DNA of 64,000 bases from the NCBI GenBank assembly GCA_046313635.1, contig JBKBYA010000003.1, forward strand, positions 192,001-256,000, read 5' to 3'. Both the position numbers and the translations under genes were made by a program. Each line of letters starts with the position of its first letter. The stretch's first letter is position 1. Under the pieces are notes generated by a model, which searched no databases, had not been told where the DNA came from, and saw only the letters and a program-made list of their open reading frames with translations. Source of the stretch: Pyrinomonadaceae bacterium (GTDB taxonomy: Bacteria; Acidobacteriota; Blastocatellia; Pyrinomonadales; Pyrinomonadaceae). Positions 1 through 9,574 of the stretch are shown here, one piece after another.

Positions 1-112
1 TGCCGCGCTGCTGGTCCGTATTTGATCGACTCTCGTATGCATAACTCACGAGCCTCGATCTTCGGAGCCGGGAGCCTCGAGGGACGCTGTATTTTCCGGT
101 CAAAAATGCCTC

Positions 113-144
113 TTGACCCTGTATTCGACTACAGGTCGTAGTCT
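113..144 (+). promoter_or_regulatory. MerR-type promoter/operator upstream of rhodanese gene
   Basis: TTGACC (113-118), 20-nt spacer containing dyad CCTGTA-N6-TACAGG, TAGTCT (139-144); resembles the operator at 606-637. Confidence 0.75.
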
Positions 145-200
145 GTAATTCGCCGGCGTCACCGCGGGCGAAAGTTCGAATAAACGTGAGGAATCATTTT

Positions 201-590
201 ATGAGTAATGCAGCAGCAAAGGTCGAGGCCAGGACGATCTCGACAGAAGAGCTAAGCGAAAGGATAGCGGCCGGCGAGCGGTTCGAGTTCTGGAACGTCC
301 TGACCGCCGAGTACTACACCGGAGAGTTGATCGCACGCTCGCGCTACGTGCCGCTCGACCGCATCGGCCGTGAGGTGATCGGATCGAAAATACCCAAGGA
401 CGCCGAGATCGTCGTTTACTGCGCCGGTCCCGAGTGCCCTCAGAGCGCGGCCGCGGCCGAAAAACTGACGACCCTCGGCTACACCCGCGTCAAAGCCTAC
501 GAGGGCGGGCTCGAAGAATGGAAAGCTGCAGGCCACAAGACCGTTACCGCAGGGGCTGAAGAACGGGCCGCCGCCTCCTGCGCCTGCTAG
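201..590 (+). CDS. Rhodanese-like domain protein
   Basis: IVVYCAGPEC loop and YEGGLEEW motif; ATG 201 preceded by GAGGA; C-terminal SCAC. Confidence 0.85.
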   Translation: MSNAAAKVEARTISTEELSERIAAGERFEFWNVLTAEYYTGELIARSRYVPLDRIGREVIGSKIPKDAEIVVYCAGPECPQSAAAAEKLTTLGYTRVKAYEGGLEEWKAAGHKTVTAGAEERAAASCAC

Positions 591-605
591 TTGATAAAAA
601 TACGC

Positions 606-637
606 TTGACCCTGTAGCCGGCTACAGGGTCTAGAAT
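606..637 (+). promoter_or_regulatory. MerR-type promoter with perfect palindromic operator
   Basis: TTGACC (606-611), 20-nt spacer, TAGAAT (632-637); perfect 24-bp palindrome GACCCTGTAGCCGGCTACAGGGTC (608-631). Confidence 0.9.
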
Positions 638-734
638 AAAGATGCGGCTTCATCTGGGCCGGATCCGGCCGGCGGTGGGAAGAGAGGTATTGGCCCGCTT
701 TCGACCGCCGGCACAAACTGACAGGAGAGACGAG

Positions 735-1232
735 ATGAGAAATGCATTCGATTTTGCCGAGGCTGCCGCAGAGGCGAGGGCCGCCGGCGGCCGTGCGCTG
801 AAGATCGGCGAGGTATCGAAGCTCTCGGGCATCGGCGTCGAAGCGCTCCGCTTTTACGAAAAGAGCGGTCTGCTCGATCGGCCGGGCCGCACGTACAGCG
901 GCTACCGCGTTTACGATGAGAGCGTGCTCGAGCGGCTCGAGTTCGTTAAAAAGGCGCAGGTGCTCGGCTTCACGCTCGACGAGATCAAGGAGCTCATCGC
1001 ACACAAGCAAAACGGACAGAGCCCTTGCAAAGAGGTACGGGCGATCGTCCGGGAGCGGCTCGAAGAGCTCAACGAGCGGATCGAACAATTGATCAGCTAT
1101 CGCGACGAGCTCAAGGCCGCGCTCAAGAAGTGGGACAGGACCGGCCAGGCCGACGGCCACGTCTGCGGACTGATCGAGACCTCGCACATCGAGCACAAGG
1201 TCAGCAGCCGCAAGGTCGGCCGGCGAAAGTAA
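735..1232 (+). CDS. MerR-family heavy-metal-responsive transcriptional regulator
   Basis: LKIGEVSKLSGIGVEALRFYEKSGLL HTH, GYRVY, LGFTLDEI; AGGAG RBS before ATG 735. Confidence 0.93.
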   Translation: MRNAFDFAEAAAEARAAGGRALKIGEVSKLSGIGVEALRFYEKSGLLDRPGRTYSGYRVYDESVLERLEFVKKAQVLGFTLDEIKELIAHKQNGQSPCKEVRAIVRERLEELNERIEQLISYRDELKAALKKWDRTGQADGHVCGLIETSHIEHKVSSRKVGRRK

Positions 1233-1241
1233 AAAGGAGAG

Positions 1242-1463
1242 ATGATGAATACTCGATCAACCAACACAACCACGCTCACCGCGCCTGACATCACCTGCGG
1301 CGGCTGCGCCAATTCGATCAAGAACGCGCTTTCGAGGGTCGACGGCGTCGAATCGGTCGACGTCGACATCGCGACAAAGCAGGTGAGCGTCGCGCACGGC
1401 GACGGAGTGAGCCGCGAAAAGATCGTCGAGGTGCTCGACCGCGCGGGGTTTCCGTCAAGTTGA
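1242..1463 (+). CDS. copZ: HMA-domain copper chaperone
   Basis: ITCGGC metal-binding motif, 73 aa, directly upstream of P-type ATPase. Confidence 0.88.
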   Translation: MMNTRSTNTTTLTAPDITCGGCANSIKNALSRVDGVESVDVDIATKQVSVAHGDGVSREKIVEVLDRAGFPSS

Positions 1464-1484
1464 AAGTGTCGAAGGCAAAACCAA

Positions 1485-3770
1485 ATGAACGATCAGGTCA
1501 AAGCGACAGACAAGTTGGACGTAACCGTCACGGGCATGACGTGCGCGGCGTGCGCCAATCGCATCGAGCGGAACCTTAGCCGTCAGCCGGGCGTCAGAGC
1601 CGCGTCGGTCAACTTCGCGACCGAGCGCGCGACGGTGACGTTCGACCCGTCGGTGACCAGTTCGGATTCGCTTGTCGAGACGATCCGAGACACCGGCTAC
1701 GACGTCGCGGCTGAAAAAGAAGGCGTCGACGCGGACGCCGGCCTCGAGGCCGCGCACAGGGCCGAGTACGAGACGCTCAGGCGCAAATTCATCGTCGCCG
1801 CAATTCTCTCGCTGCCGGTGCTCGTTATCGCGATGTCGCACGGCACCATCGAATTTGTGAATTTCGACGGCGTCAACTGGCTGCAGCTCGCGCTGACGAC
1901 GCCGGTCGTTTTTTACAGCGGCATTCAGTTTTACCGCGGAGCGTGGGCGGCCTTTCGCCATCGTGCCGCGGATATGAACACGCTCATCGCCGTCGGTACG
2001 GGCACGGCATACGTTTACTCGGTCGCCGCGACGATATTTCCGTCGTGGTTTGCCACGTCCGAGCACGCGGCTCACTCGGGAATGGGCGTGCCGGTCTACT
2101 ACGAGGCGGCGAGCGTGATCATCGCGCTGATACTGCTCGGCAGTATGTTGGAAGCCCGCGCCAAGGGCCGGACGGGCGAGGCTATCCGCAAACTGCTCGG
2201 TCTGCAGGCAAAAACGGCGACCGTGATTCGCGGCGGCAAAGAGATGGAAATCCCGACCGAGTCGGTCGTCGCCGGCGACATCGTCATCGTCCGTCCCGGC
2301 GAGAAGATCCCGGTCGACGGCATCGTCACCGAAGGCTCGTCCGCCATCGACGAATCGATGCTCACAGGCGAGAGCATTCCCGTCGATAAAAAGGTCGGCG
2401 ACGACGTCTTTGGCGGGACGATCAACAAGACGGGCTCGTTCCACTTTCGCGCGACCAAGGTCGGCAAAGACACCGCGCTCCAGCAGATCGTGCGGATGGT
2501 CCGCGACGCGCAAGGCTCAAAGCCGCCGATAGCAAAGCTGGCCGACACGATCAGCGGCATCTTTACGCCGGTCGTCATCTCGATCGCGATCGCGACGTTT
2601 GTCATTTGGTTTGTCGCCGCGTCGCCCGAGGTGAGGTTTACGATGGCGCTTGTGAATTTTGTCTCGGTGCTGATCATCGCCTGCCCGTGCGCGCTCGGTC
2701 TCGCGACGCCTACCGCGATCATGGTCGGCACGGGCCGCGGCGCCGAACTCGGAATTCTCATCAAGGGCGGCGACAGTCTCGAGACCGCGCACAAGCTCGA
2801 CACGATCGTGCTCGACAAGACGGGCACGATCACCAAAGGCGAGCCGAGCCTGACCGACGTCGTCGTGACCGACGGCTTTAGCGAGGACGAAATGCTGCGG
2901 CTCGTCGCGTCGGCCGAGCGCTCGAGCGAGCATCCGCTCGCGGCCGCGATCGTTCGAGGTGCCGAGGCTTGCGGACTTGAGCTCACGAGAGCCGATAAGT
3001 TCAACGCTCTCGAGGGCCGCGGCGTGGAGGCCTCGGTCGCGGGCCGGCAGATCCTCCTCGGCAGCGACCGGCTGATGAGCGAGCGGGGAATCTCGATCGG
3101 TGACGCTAGCAGGGTCGCGGTCGAGCTGGCGAACGGAGGCAAGACGCCGATGTTTGCCGCGATCGACGGCCGGCTCGCGGGCGTGATCGCCGTCGCCGAC
3201 ACCGTGAAAGAAGGGGCGCGTGCGGCCGTCGCCGAGCTTCAGCGGCTCGGTCTCGAGGTCGTGATGATCACCGGCGACAACCGTCGCACGGCCGAGGCCG
3301 TCGCAAAGCAGGTCGGCATCCGCCGCGTGCTCGCCGAGGTGTTGCCCGAAGGGAAGTCCGGTGAGATCCGACGACTGCAGCAGCAGGAAAAGAAAGTCGT
3401 CGCGATGGTCGGCGACGGCATCAACGACGCACCGGCGCTCGCGCAGGCCGACGTCGGCATCGCCATCGGCACCGGAACCGACGTCGCGATCGAGGCGAGC
3501 GACATCACGCTGATGCGCGGCGACCTGCGCGGCGTTGCGACGGCCATACGGCTCTCGCGGGCGACGATCCGTACCGTTAAGCAGAATTTGTTCTGGGCAT
3601 TTATCTACAACGTCATCGGCATCCCGATCGCGGCCGGAGCTCTGTATCCGGTCTTTGGCTGGCTGCTCTCGCCGGTGATCGCGAGTGCCGCGATGAGCAT
3701 GTCGAGCGTATCGGTCGTCGCTAACAGTCTGCGTCTTCGCTCGTTCAAAGACGCGAGGAGGGAAGCGTAA
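1485..3770 (+). CDS. copA: Cu(I)-translocating P1B-type ATPase
   Basis: [34 protein letters not shown] and MSMSS motifs. Confidence 0.95.
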   Translation: MNDQVKATDKLDVTVTGMTCAACANRIERNLSRQPGVRAASVNFATERATVTFDPSVTSSDSLVETIRDTGYDVAAEKEGVDADAGLEAAHRAEYETLRRKFIVAAILSLPVLVIAMSHGTIEFVNFDGVNWLQLALTTPVVFYSGIQFYRGAWAAFRHRAADMNTLIAVGTGTAYVYSVAATIFPSWFATSEHAAHSGMGVPVYYEAASVIIALILLGSMLEARAKGRTGEAIRKLLGLQAKTATVIRGGKEMEIPTESVVAGDIVIVRPGEKIPVDGIVTEGSSAIDESMLTGESIPVDKKVGDDVFGGTINKTGSFHFRATKVGKDTALQQIVRMVRDAQGSKPPIAKLADTISGIFTPVVISIAIATFVIWFVAASPEVRFTMALVNFVSVLIIACPCALGLATPTAIMVGTGRGAELGILIKGGDSLETAHKLDTIVLDKTGTITKGEPSLTDVVVTDGFSEDEMLRLVASAERSSEHPLAAAIVRGAEACGLELTRADKFNALEGRGVEASVAGRQILLGSDRLMSERGISIGDASRVAVELANGGKTPMFAAIDGRLAGVIAVADTVKEGARAAVAELQRLGLEVVMITGDNRRTAEAVAKQVGIRRVLAEVLPEGKSGEIRRLQQQEKKVVAMVGDGINDAPALAQADVGIAIGTGTDVAIEASDITLMRGDLRGVATAIRLSRATIRTVKQNLFWAFIYNVIGIPIAAGALYPVFGWLLSPVIASAAMSMSSVSVVANSLRLRSFKDARREA

Positions 3771-4144
3771 TGGATACGACAGAGATCGCGGTCATCGTCG
3801 GCGGTGTCGCTCTGATCGCGTTGGTACTGTGGTACTTCTTCGGCGAGCGACGGCAGATCGCCGCGAGCGAGAACGCATCCGGCGTGCAGGAGATCGACGT
3901 CACGGTGAAGGGCGGCTATTCGCCCGACGTGATAGTCGTCAAAGCAGGCCGGCCCGTGCGGCTTAACTTCTACCGCGACGAGACGTCGTCGTGCAGCGAA
4001 AAGGTCGTCTTCGGCGACCTCGGCATCGCCCGCGACCTGCCGCCTTTTACGACGACTCCGATCGAATTCACTCCCGACAGGCCCGGCGAATACACCTTCG
4101 CCTGCGGAATGAATATGCTCCGCGGCAAGCTGATCGTGACGTGA
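3770..4144 (+). CDS. Membrane-anchored cupredoxin-domain protein
   Basis: N-terminal TM helix, GGYSPD, C-terminal FACGMNM; stop/start overlap with copA. Confidence 0.88.
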   Translation: MDTTEIAVIVGGVALIALVLWYFFGERRQIAASENASGVQEIDVTVKGGYSPDVIVVKAGRPVRLNFYRDETSSCSEKVVFGDLGIARDLPPFTTTPIEFTPDRPGEYTFACGMNMLRGKLIVT

Positions 4145-4185
4145 GACAACCGAAGGTCTAGCACGCCGCCTGCGGCGCTTCTTTC

Positions 4186-4653
4186 TTACGGCACGCTTAA
4201 CCGCACCGAATCCGACGGCTTTGACTCGCCGTTTTGGATGGCGATTGTGTACTCGCCGGCGGCCAGAGTGAGCGGCACATTCGCGAGCATCGTTCCGCTG
4301 AGCTGCGAGTGCTGCCGCAAGGCGCTGTTCGGTACCGTGCACGGCGAATCGGCCGGGCAGCCGGGGCCGACGACCTTCAGGTAAACCGTCCGCGGGTCAA
4401 AGCTCTGCCCCGTTATATTCACAAAAAACTGTTCATTTGCCGCTACACGCGACGCGGGCGAGATACCGTCGACCACCGGCGGCAGCGGGTTGGCCCGCGC
4501 CGTGCTGGAGCGCTCGACCAGCCATCGGCCGCCGACCTTTTTGACGATGTAGCTGACAAAATACGGGCCGACCGTTTTGTTCCTGATCAGCGAGCCGTCG
4601 ATCCGAGTAGGCGTTACCAGCCGGCGGTCCTCAAACGAAAGAAAGAGCATCAC
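4186..4653 (-). CDS. Hypothetical protein with IPT/TIG-like Ig domain (possibly truncated)
   Basis: PVVDGISP...ITGQSFD...YTIAIQNG pattern; weak start, directly downstream of tRNA. Confidence 0.5.
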   Translation of the reverse strand: MMLFLSFEDRRLVTPTRIDGSLIRNKTVGPYFVSYIVKKVGGRWLVERSSTARANPLPPVVDGISPASRVAANEQFFVNITGQSFDPRTVYLKVVGPGCPADSPCTVPNSALRQHSQLSGTMLANVPLTLAAGEYTIAIQNGESKPSDSVRLSVP

Positions 4654-4697
4654 CGAGATGCCCCTTCTTCTTATCGTTATTGCTTGTTGTTTTTGCT

Positions 4698-4772
4698 TGG
4701 TGCCGACTACAAGATTCGAACTTGTGACCCCACGCGTGTGAAGCGTGTGCTCTACCGCTGAGCTAAGTCGGC
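4698..4772 (-). tRNA. tRNA-Val(CAC)
   Basis: Reverse complement GCCGACT TAGCTCAGCGGTAGAGC, anticodon stem CACGC/GCGTG with loop TTCACAC, GTTCGAATC T-loop, encoded CCA. Confidence 0.97.
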
Positions 4773-4806
4773 CGGATCTTCAAACTTTCAAACTTTAGAT
4801 CGATCT

Positions 4807-5286
4807 CTAGATCGACGGGTCGTCGGGCTTGGCCGGGCGATTCTCGTCGGTGCCTTTAATAGTACTCAAATTCGAGTCGGTGTAGAAATGCCGCGTGCCG
4901 GTCGAGCCGATACCCTCGCCGACCTGCGGATCGGCGTTTATCGAGTAGAATGCCGGGCGGCTCGCCGACGACGGTTCGACGACCATCGTAAAGACGTAGC
5001 CGTTGACGACAGGCTTGTCGCCCTTGAACTTTTCGTCGAGGCCGACCTTGGCGATGAGCTCGTCAAAGGTCGCGAAGTTGCCCTTGTTGCGCGCCGCGTA
5101 CTGTGCCTGAAACTTGCGGATGTTGTCGACCGACTGCGCCGCGGCGGCCTCGTTGCCCGATTTGATGACGGCGTTCCATGCGATCGTGCCGACGCCGATC
5201 AGCAGGCCGATGATCGCGATCACGATCATCAATTCGATAAGGTTGAATCCGCGTTGGTCCTTGAGGCGGGTGCGTAGAACTTTCAT
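4807..5286 (-). CDS. Type IV pilin / pseudopilin with N-terminal methylation site
   Basis: Prepilin motif QRG|FNLIELMIVIAIIGLL after a short basic leader starting at ATG 5286. Confidence 0.9.
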   Translation of the reverse strand: MKVLRTRLKDQRGFNLIELMIVIAIIGLLIGVGTIAWNAVIKSGNEAAAAQSVDNIRKFQAQYAARNKGNFATFDELIAKVGLDEKFKGDKPVVNGYVFTMVVEPSSASRPAFYSINADPQVGEGIGSTGTRHFYTDSNLSTIKGTDENRPAKPDDPSI

Positions 5287-5556
5287 AAAAATTGGGCCGA
5301 AACCTTCCGTCGAGTTCACGTGGAAACGCGTTTGAAGTTTCAGAATTTTATTCCGTTTGGTTGCGCCATTGCAAACCAAAGGTTGCCGCGGAGCATACGT
5401 CTGGCAGGAACTTTGTGCTCGCCCGAGCGTCTTAACCGATGCGAGCACGTTCGCCGCCGGGCGCGGGCCTGATCGGTGGTACGCGCCCGTGACGGCTTTC
5501 CTGTAGAATGGTTGTGCGAACGCCGGCGGCGTCCGAGGCATCCGAATTTACACGTG

Positions 5557-6552
5557 ATGAGAGACTGGATCCTTAAAGAAGTGCGGTCCGACCAGACGGC
5601 GGGCGGGCGACCGGATGCCGCCGGCAAGATCGACGATCTGCGTGCCGCCGTCGAGCGCGTCATCAAGGGCAAGTCAGAGACGGTCAAGATGGCTCTCGTC
5701 GCACTGCTCGCACGCGGCCACCTGCTCATCGAGGACGTCCCCGGCATCGGCAAGACCACGCTCGCCAACGCGCTCGCACGAGCGCTCGACCTGTCGTTTC
5801 AGCGGATACAGTTCACCTCTGACCTTTTGCCCTCGGACGTCATCGGCCTGTCGGTCTATAACCAGAAGTCGGGCGACTTTGACTGGAAGCCGGGACCGAT
5901 CTTTTCGAATATCGTTCTTGCCGACGAGATCAACCGCGCGACGCCAAAGACGCAGTCGGCGCTGCTCGAGGCGATGGCCGAGGAGCAGGTCACCGTCGAG
6001 GGCGTCTCGCGTCATCTGCCCCGGCCGTTCATCGTCATCGCTACGCAGAATCCGGCCGAACATCATGGCACATACCCGCTGCCCGAGTCGCAGCTCGACC
6101 GCTTTATGCTGCGGCTGCACATCGGGTACCCGAGCCTTGCCGACGAGCGCGACATCCTGCGCGACCGCGAGACGGTCGATCCGCTCGGGGCCGTCCGGCC
6201 GGTGATGAGCCAGGCCGAGCTCGTCGAGCTGCAGGAATTGGTCGCCGAGGTCAGCGTCGCAGATCCGCTGGTCGATTACCTTTTGAATATCGTCGACGCG
6301 ACCCGCCGCAGCGAATCGCTCGAGCTCGGCATCAGCCCGCGCGGCACGCTCGCGCTGTTTCGTTCGGCGCAGGCCCACGCCTTTCTCGAGGGCCGCGAAT
6401 ACTGCATCGCCGACGACATCAAGCGGCTCGTCGTCTCGTGCTTTGCTCACCGCGTGGTCGTGAACTCGCGTTCGACCGCTCTCCGCCAGCGCACCCGCGA
6501 GGCCGAGCAGGTCCTCGAGGACATCCTACAGAAGGTCGCCGTCCCGATCTGA
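5557..6552 (+). CDS. moxR: MoxR-family AAA+ ATPase
   Basis: LLIEDVPGIGKT, RIQFTSDLLPSD, LADEINRA, ATQNP, LPESQLDRF. Confidence 0.93.
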   Translation: MRDWILKEVRSDQTAGGRPDAAGKIDDLRAAVERVIKGKSETVKMALVALLARGHLLIEDVPGIGKTTLANALARALDLSFQRIQFTSDLLPSDVIGLSVYNQKSGDFDWKPGPIFSNIVLADEINRATPKTQSALLEAMAEEQVTVEGVSRHLPRPFIVIATQNPAEHHGTYPLPESQLDRFMLRLHIGYPSLADERDILRDRETVDPLGAVRPVMSQAELVELQELVAEVSVADPLVDYLLNIVDATRRSESLELGISPRGTLALFRSAQAHAFLEGREYCIADDIKRLVVSCFAHRVVVNSRSTALRQRTREAEQVLEDILQKVAVPI

Positions 6553-6562
6553 CAAGCGGCCG

Positions 6563-8020
6563 ATGAAGCTCTCAGATCTCACCCAGCTTCTAACTCTCCG
6601 CGATATTCGCAACGCGATCCTCGGTCTGTCGGTCATCATCGGCGGGCTTGGGCTGACGCTGTTCACGCTGTGGGCGGCGCGCAGCGGCGACGCGCGTCTG
6701 GCGGGCATCTCGGCGGCGGTCTCGCTGCTCTTCGTCGTCGTGATCATCATCTTTGTCGTCCCGCCGCTTGCTCGCAACGCGCGGCGCGAGACGTCGCAGA
6801 TGAATCTGCCTTTCGAGTTCACGGCCGGCGGTGCGATCGTTCTCGGGCTGATCGCGATCGTCGGATTTTCGGCCTGGAATACAGGCAACAATCTTCTGTT
6901 CCTTGTGCTCTCGTTCCTCACGGCGGCGATGATCGTCGGGTTCGTCGCCGGCAGCATCTCGCTCAAAAAGCTCGACGTCAGGATGCGCTTTCCCGAGACG
7001 ATCTTTGCCGGGCAGGAGACGCCGATCATGGTCAGCATCCAGAATCGCAAGCGTCTTTTTGGAAGCTATTCGGTCGTCGCCGAAGTGCGCGGCCGCGAGC
7101 GTGAGCGTTCGATCGCGGCCGACGATCTCGAGCAGCTGCTGCCGCATAAGATGGCCGCATGGCTGTCAAAGCCGCCGCTTGTGCGACGGACGCTCGGGCA
7201 TTTCGTGTTCGTCCCGCGCCGCGAGACCGTCGAGCAGCGGACGGTCCACGTTTTTGAGCGGCGCGGGCGGTTCACGATCAAGGATTTTGAGCTCTCGACA
7301 AAGTTTCCATTTGGTTTTTTCAGACACAGGAGGCGTTTGCCCGCGCGCGAGACCGAGCTTATCGTGTTTCCAGAGCCGGCGCCGCTCGGCGTCGATCTCG
7401 AGGTCGGGCCGCTCGACGCCGGAGCTCTCGCGGTCAATCGCCGCGGCCTGGGGCACGACCTTTTGGCGCTGCGTGACTATCAGCCGAATGACGACCTTCG
7501 CCGCGTCGACTGGAAGGCGACGGCGCGTTCGCGCCGTCTGACCGTCCGCGAATACACCGCCGAGGACGACCGCCGTGTCACGATCATTTTCGACCTGCGA
7601 ATGCCGTCGGCGGCGGCGCTCGGCATCAGCCTGCGCGACAAGCTTGAGGCAGAACAAAAAGGCTCGCTGCTGCCGGTCTCGGCTAGATTCGAGCACGGGG
7701 TCGGCGTTGCCGCGGCCGTGCTGACGCATTTTACCGAGCAGCAGGCCGAGATCGAGTTCATCGTCGGCGGCGAACGCGGCGAGCCCGGCATCGGGCCGCG
7801 CCATTTGTACGACTGCCTGCGCCGCTTAGCGGCGGTCGAGCCGCAATTTATCGTCGACGAAAATTTGGTGAGCGAACCTGCCCACGATCTGACGCGTATT
7901 GAGGGTGACACCGACGACCCGCGCCGGTCACGCTTTTTGATCACCGCTTTTGAGCCTGACGGCGGCGGACGTCACGGCTCCGAGACGCCCTCGGCGCCGG
8001 TGCAGGTGATCACATTCTGA
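6563..8020 (+). CDS. DUF58 membrane protein (MoxR partner)
   Basis: N-terminal TM helices, NTGNNLLF, LRDYQPNDDLRRVDWKATAR. Confidence 0.88.
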   Translation: MKLSDLTQLLTLRDIRNAILGLSVIIGGLGLTLFTLWAARSGDARLAGISAAVSLLFVVVIIIFVVPPLARNARRETSQMNLPFEFTAGGAIVLGLIAIVGFSAWNTGNNLLFLVLSFLTAAMIVGFVAGSISLKKLDVRMRFPETIFAGQETPIMVSIQNRKRLFGSYSVVAEVRGRERERSIAADDLEQLLPHKMAAWLSKPPLVRRTLGHFVFVPRRETVEQRTVHVFERRGRFTIKDFELSTKFPFGFFRHRRRLPARETELIVFPEPAPLGVDLEVGPLDAGALAVNRRGLGHDLLALRDYQPNDDLRRVDWKATARSRRLTVREYTAEDDRRVTIIFDLRMPSAAALGISLRDKLEAEQKGSLLPVSARFEHGVGVAAAVLTHFTEQQAEIEFIVGGERGEPGIGPRHLYDCLRRLAAVEPQFIVDENLVSEPAHDLTRIEGDTDDPRRSRFLITAFEPDGGGRHGSETPSAPVQVITF

Positions 8021-8090
8021 GGCTCAAATTCTTGTCATAATTCAGTTTCGGGCGGTGTATTGATGTCAGAAGGCATTGATCGATGCTGTA

Positions 8091-8669
8091 ATGAGCGAGA
8101 GTTCGATAAATCTTGTGGACATAATGTCCGAGCAAACGGCGACGTCGCAGGCTACCGAGGAAAAGATCGAGTTTGATGAGGCTTTTACGCTTTATCACCG
8201 CACGGTCTTTCGCGCGGCGAACTCGGTCGTCCGCGATCCGGGCCTCGCCGAGGACGTGACGCAGGAGGTCTTTTTGCGGCTCTACAAGCACATCGATTCG
8301 GTGTCGGACCGCGAGATGCTGCGGCCCTGGCTCGTAAGGGTCGCGATAAATGTTGCAAGGAACACGGTTCGCGGTAATATTAGGGCGAACACCCGCGAGG
8401 AGAACTACGTCAAAGGATCAGGCGAGCAGTCGGCGGCGTCGGTCGAGATCGATTACGAGGAATATGCCGGCGTCAACGAGATCTACCGGGCGTTGAATAA
8501 GATCAAAGAGCCCTTGCGGAGCTGCCTCATGCTCAGACAGCAGGGCCTGTCGTACAAGGAGATCGCCGGCAGCCTTTCGCTCAACGAGTCGAGCATCGGG
8601 ACGTACGTCGCACGAGCAAGGCAGGAATTTGCGAAGTACTACGGCAGGACAGGGAAGAGCGGCTTATGA
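8091..8669 (+). CDS. ECF sigma-70 factor
   Basis: AEDVTQEVFLRL, WLVRVAIN, GLSYKEIA, region 4 ARAR; start could be ATG 8124. Confidence 0.92.
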   Translation: MSESSINLVDIMSEQTATSQATEEKIEFDEAFTLYHRTVFRAANSVVRDPGLAEDVTQEVFLRLYKHIDSVSDREMLRPWLVRVAINVARNTVRGNIRANTREENYVKGSGEQSAASVEIDYEEYAGVNEIYRALNKIKEPLRSCLMLRQQGLSYKEIAGSLSLNESSIGTYVARARQEFAKYYGRTGKSGL

Positions 8670-9556
8670 AGCGAGATTGTTTGGACATCGGTACGATTCA
8701 GGCGTTCCTGGACGGTGAGCTCACGCAGCTCGAGTCGGCGAGCGTCTCGGCCCATGTCGCGGCGTGCGACGCTTGTGCCCTCGCTCTGGCCGACGCCGAG
8801 GAAGAATCGGCATTCGTCTTTTCGGCGCTCGACGGCGAGCTCAATACGCTGGTCCCGACGCAGCGGCTCTGGACCCGCATCAACGAGTCGATCGAGGAGC
8901 AGCGTCACCGCGCGCCGGTCTGGCAAAAAGTTTGGGGTCTATTCTCTCCGCTGCTGATGACGCCGTCATTGGCCGCCGCCGCGGTGATCGTTGTTGTCTT
9001 TGGTGTTTCGGTCGTCGTCTTTATCGACCGCGACGCCGACGTGGCCCCGGCGATCGCCCACTCACCGTCGCGGCCGGCAGACACCCGCACGCCGCAGCAA
9101 TTGGCGGCGCTTCCCGGTTCGAAGATCGAAGCGGCGCCTGACCTCGACGTCCCTGCTGAGCGCGAGGCCGTGCCGGCAAGGGTGTACGCGCGAGCAGAAG
9201 GCGAACGCGCGTCACGGCCGTCGCCTGCCGTGTTCAGGACAATGTCGGGAGCCGTGCGGCCCGCGTCGGCAGGAGCCGCATATCTGCCCGGCGAGGAGAG
9301 CTACGTCAAGACCATCGCGACGCTCAGCCGCACGCTAGGCGGCGAACGAGGCTCGGTGATGCGCCCGTCGGAGCAGGTCGCGTACGCCCGCGATCTGGCC
9401 CTGGTCAACGATTCGATCGAGCGGATGCGTCGCGAGGTGCGAAAGAACCCGAAGAACGAGACCGCACGCCAGGTGCTCTACGCGTCCTATCAGAACAAGA
9501 TCGATCTGCTCAATTCGGTCGCCCAGCGCGAGGAGCTGGTCGCCAGCGTCAAGTGA
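8666..9556 (+). CDS. Zinc-finger (ZAS/zf-HC2) anti-sigma factor
   Basis: HVAACDAC (HxxxCxxC), single TM helix, ATGA overlap with sigma gene. Confidence 0.88.
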   Translation: MKRDCLDIGTIQAFLDGELTQLESASVSAHVAACDACALALADAEEESAFVFSALDGELNTLVPTQRLWTRINESIEEQRHRAPVWQKVWGLFSPLLMTPSLAAAAVIVVVFGVSVVVFIDRDADVAPAIAHSPSRPADTRTPQQLAALPGSKIEAAPDLDVPAEREAVPARVYARAEGERASRPSPAVFRTMSGAVRPASAGAAYLPGEESYVKTIATLSRTLGGERGSVMRPSEQVAYARDLALVNDSIERMRREVRKNPKNETARQVLYASYQNKIDLLNSVAQREELVASVK

Positions 9557-9574
9557 TCGCGGCGGCAAAAGTGA

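Noticed and set aside
1..4698. Metal-resistance genomic island integrated at tRNA-Val
   Set aside because: Cluster lies off the tRNA 3' end, but no integrase, att duplication or compositional shift is visible in the window
5287..5556. Long N-terminal extensions of pilin, MoxR and similar ORF-track starts (MerR, ACMSD, HAO, PepT, ECF)
   Set aside because: Downstream ATGs match domain starts and avoid overlaps; extensions are ORF-caller artefacts
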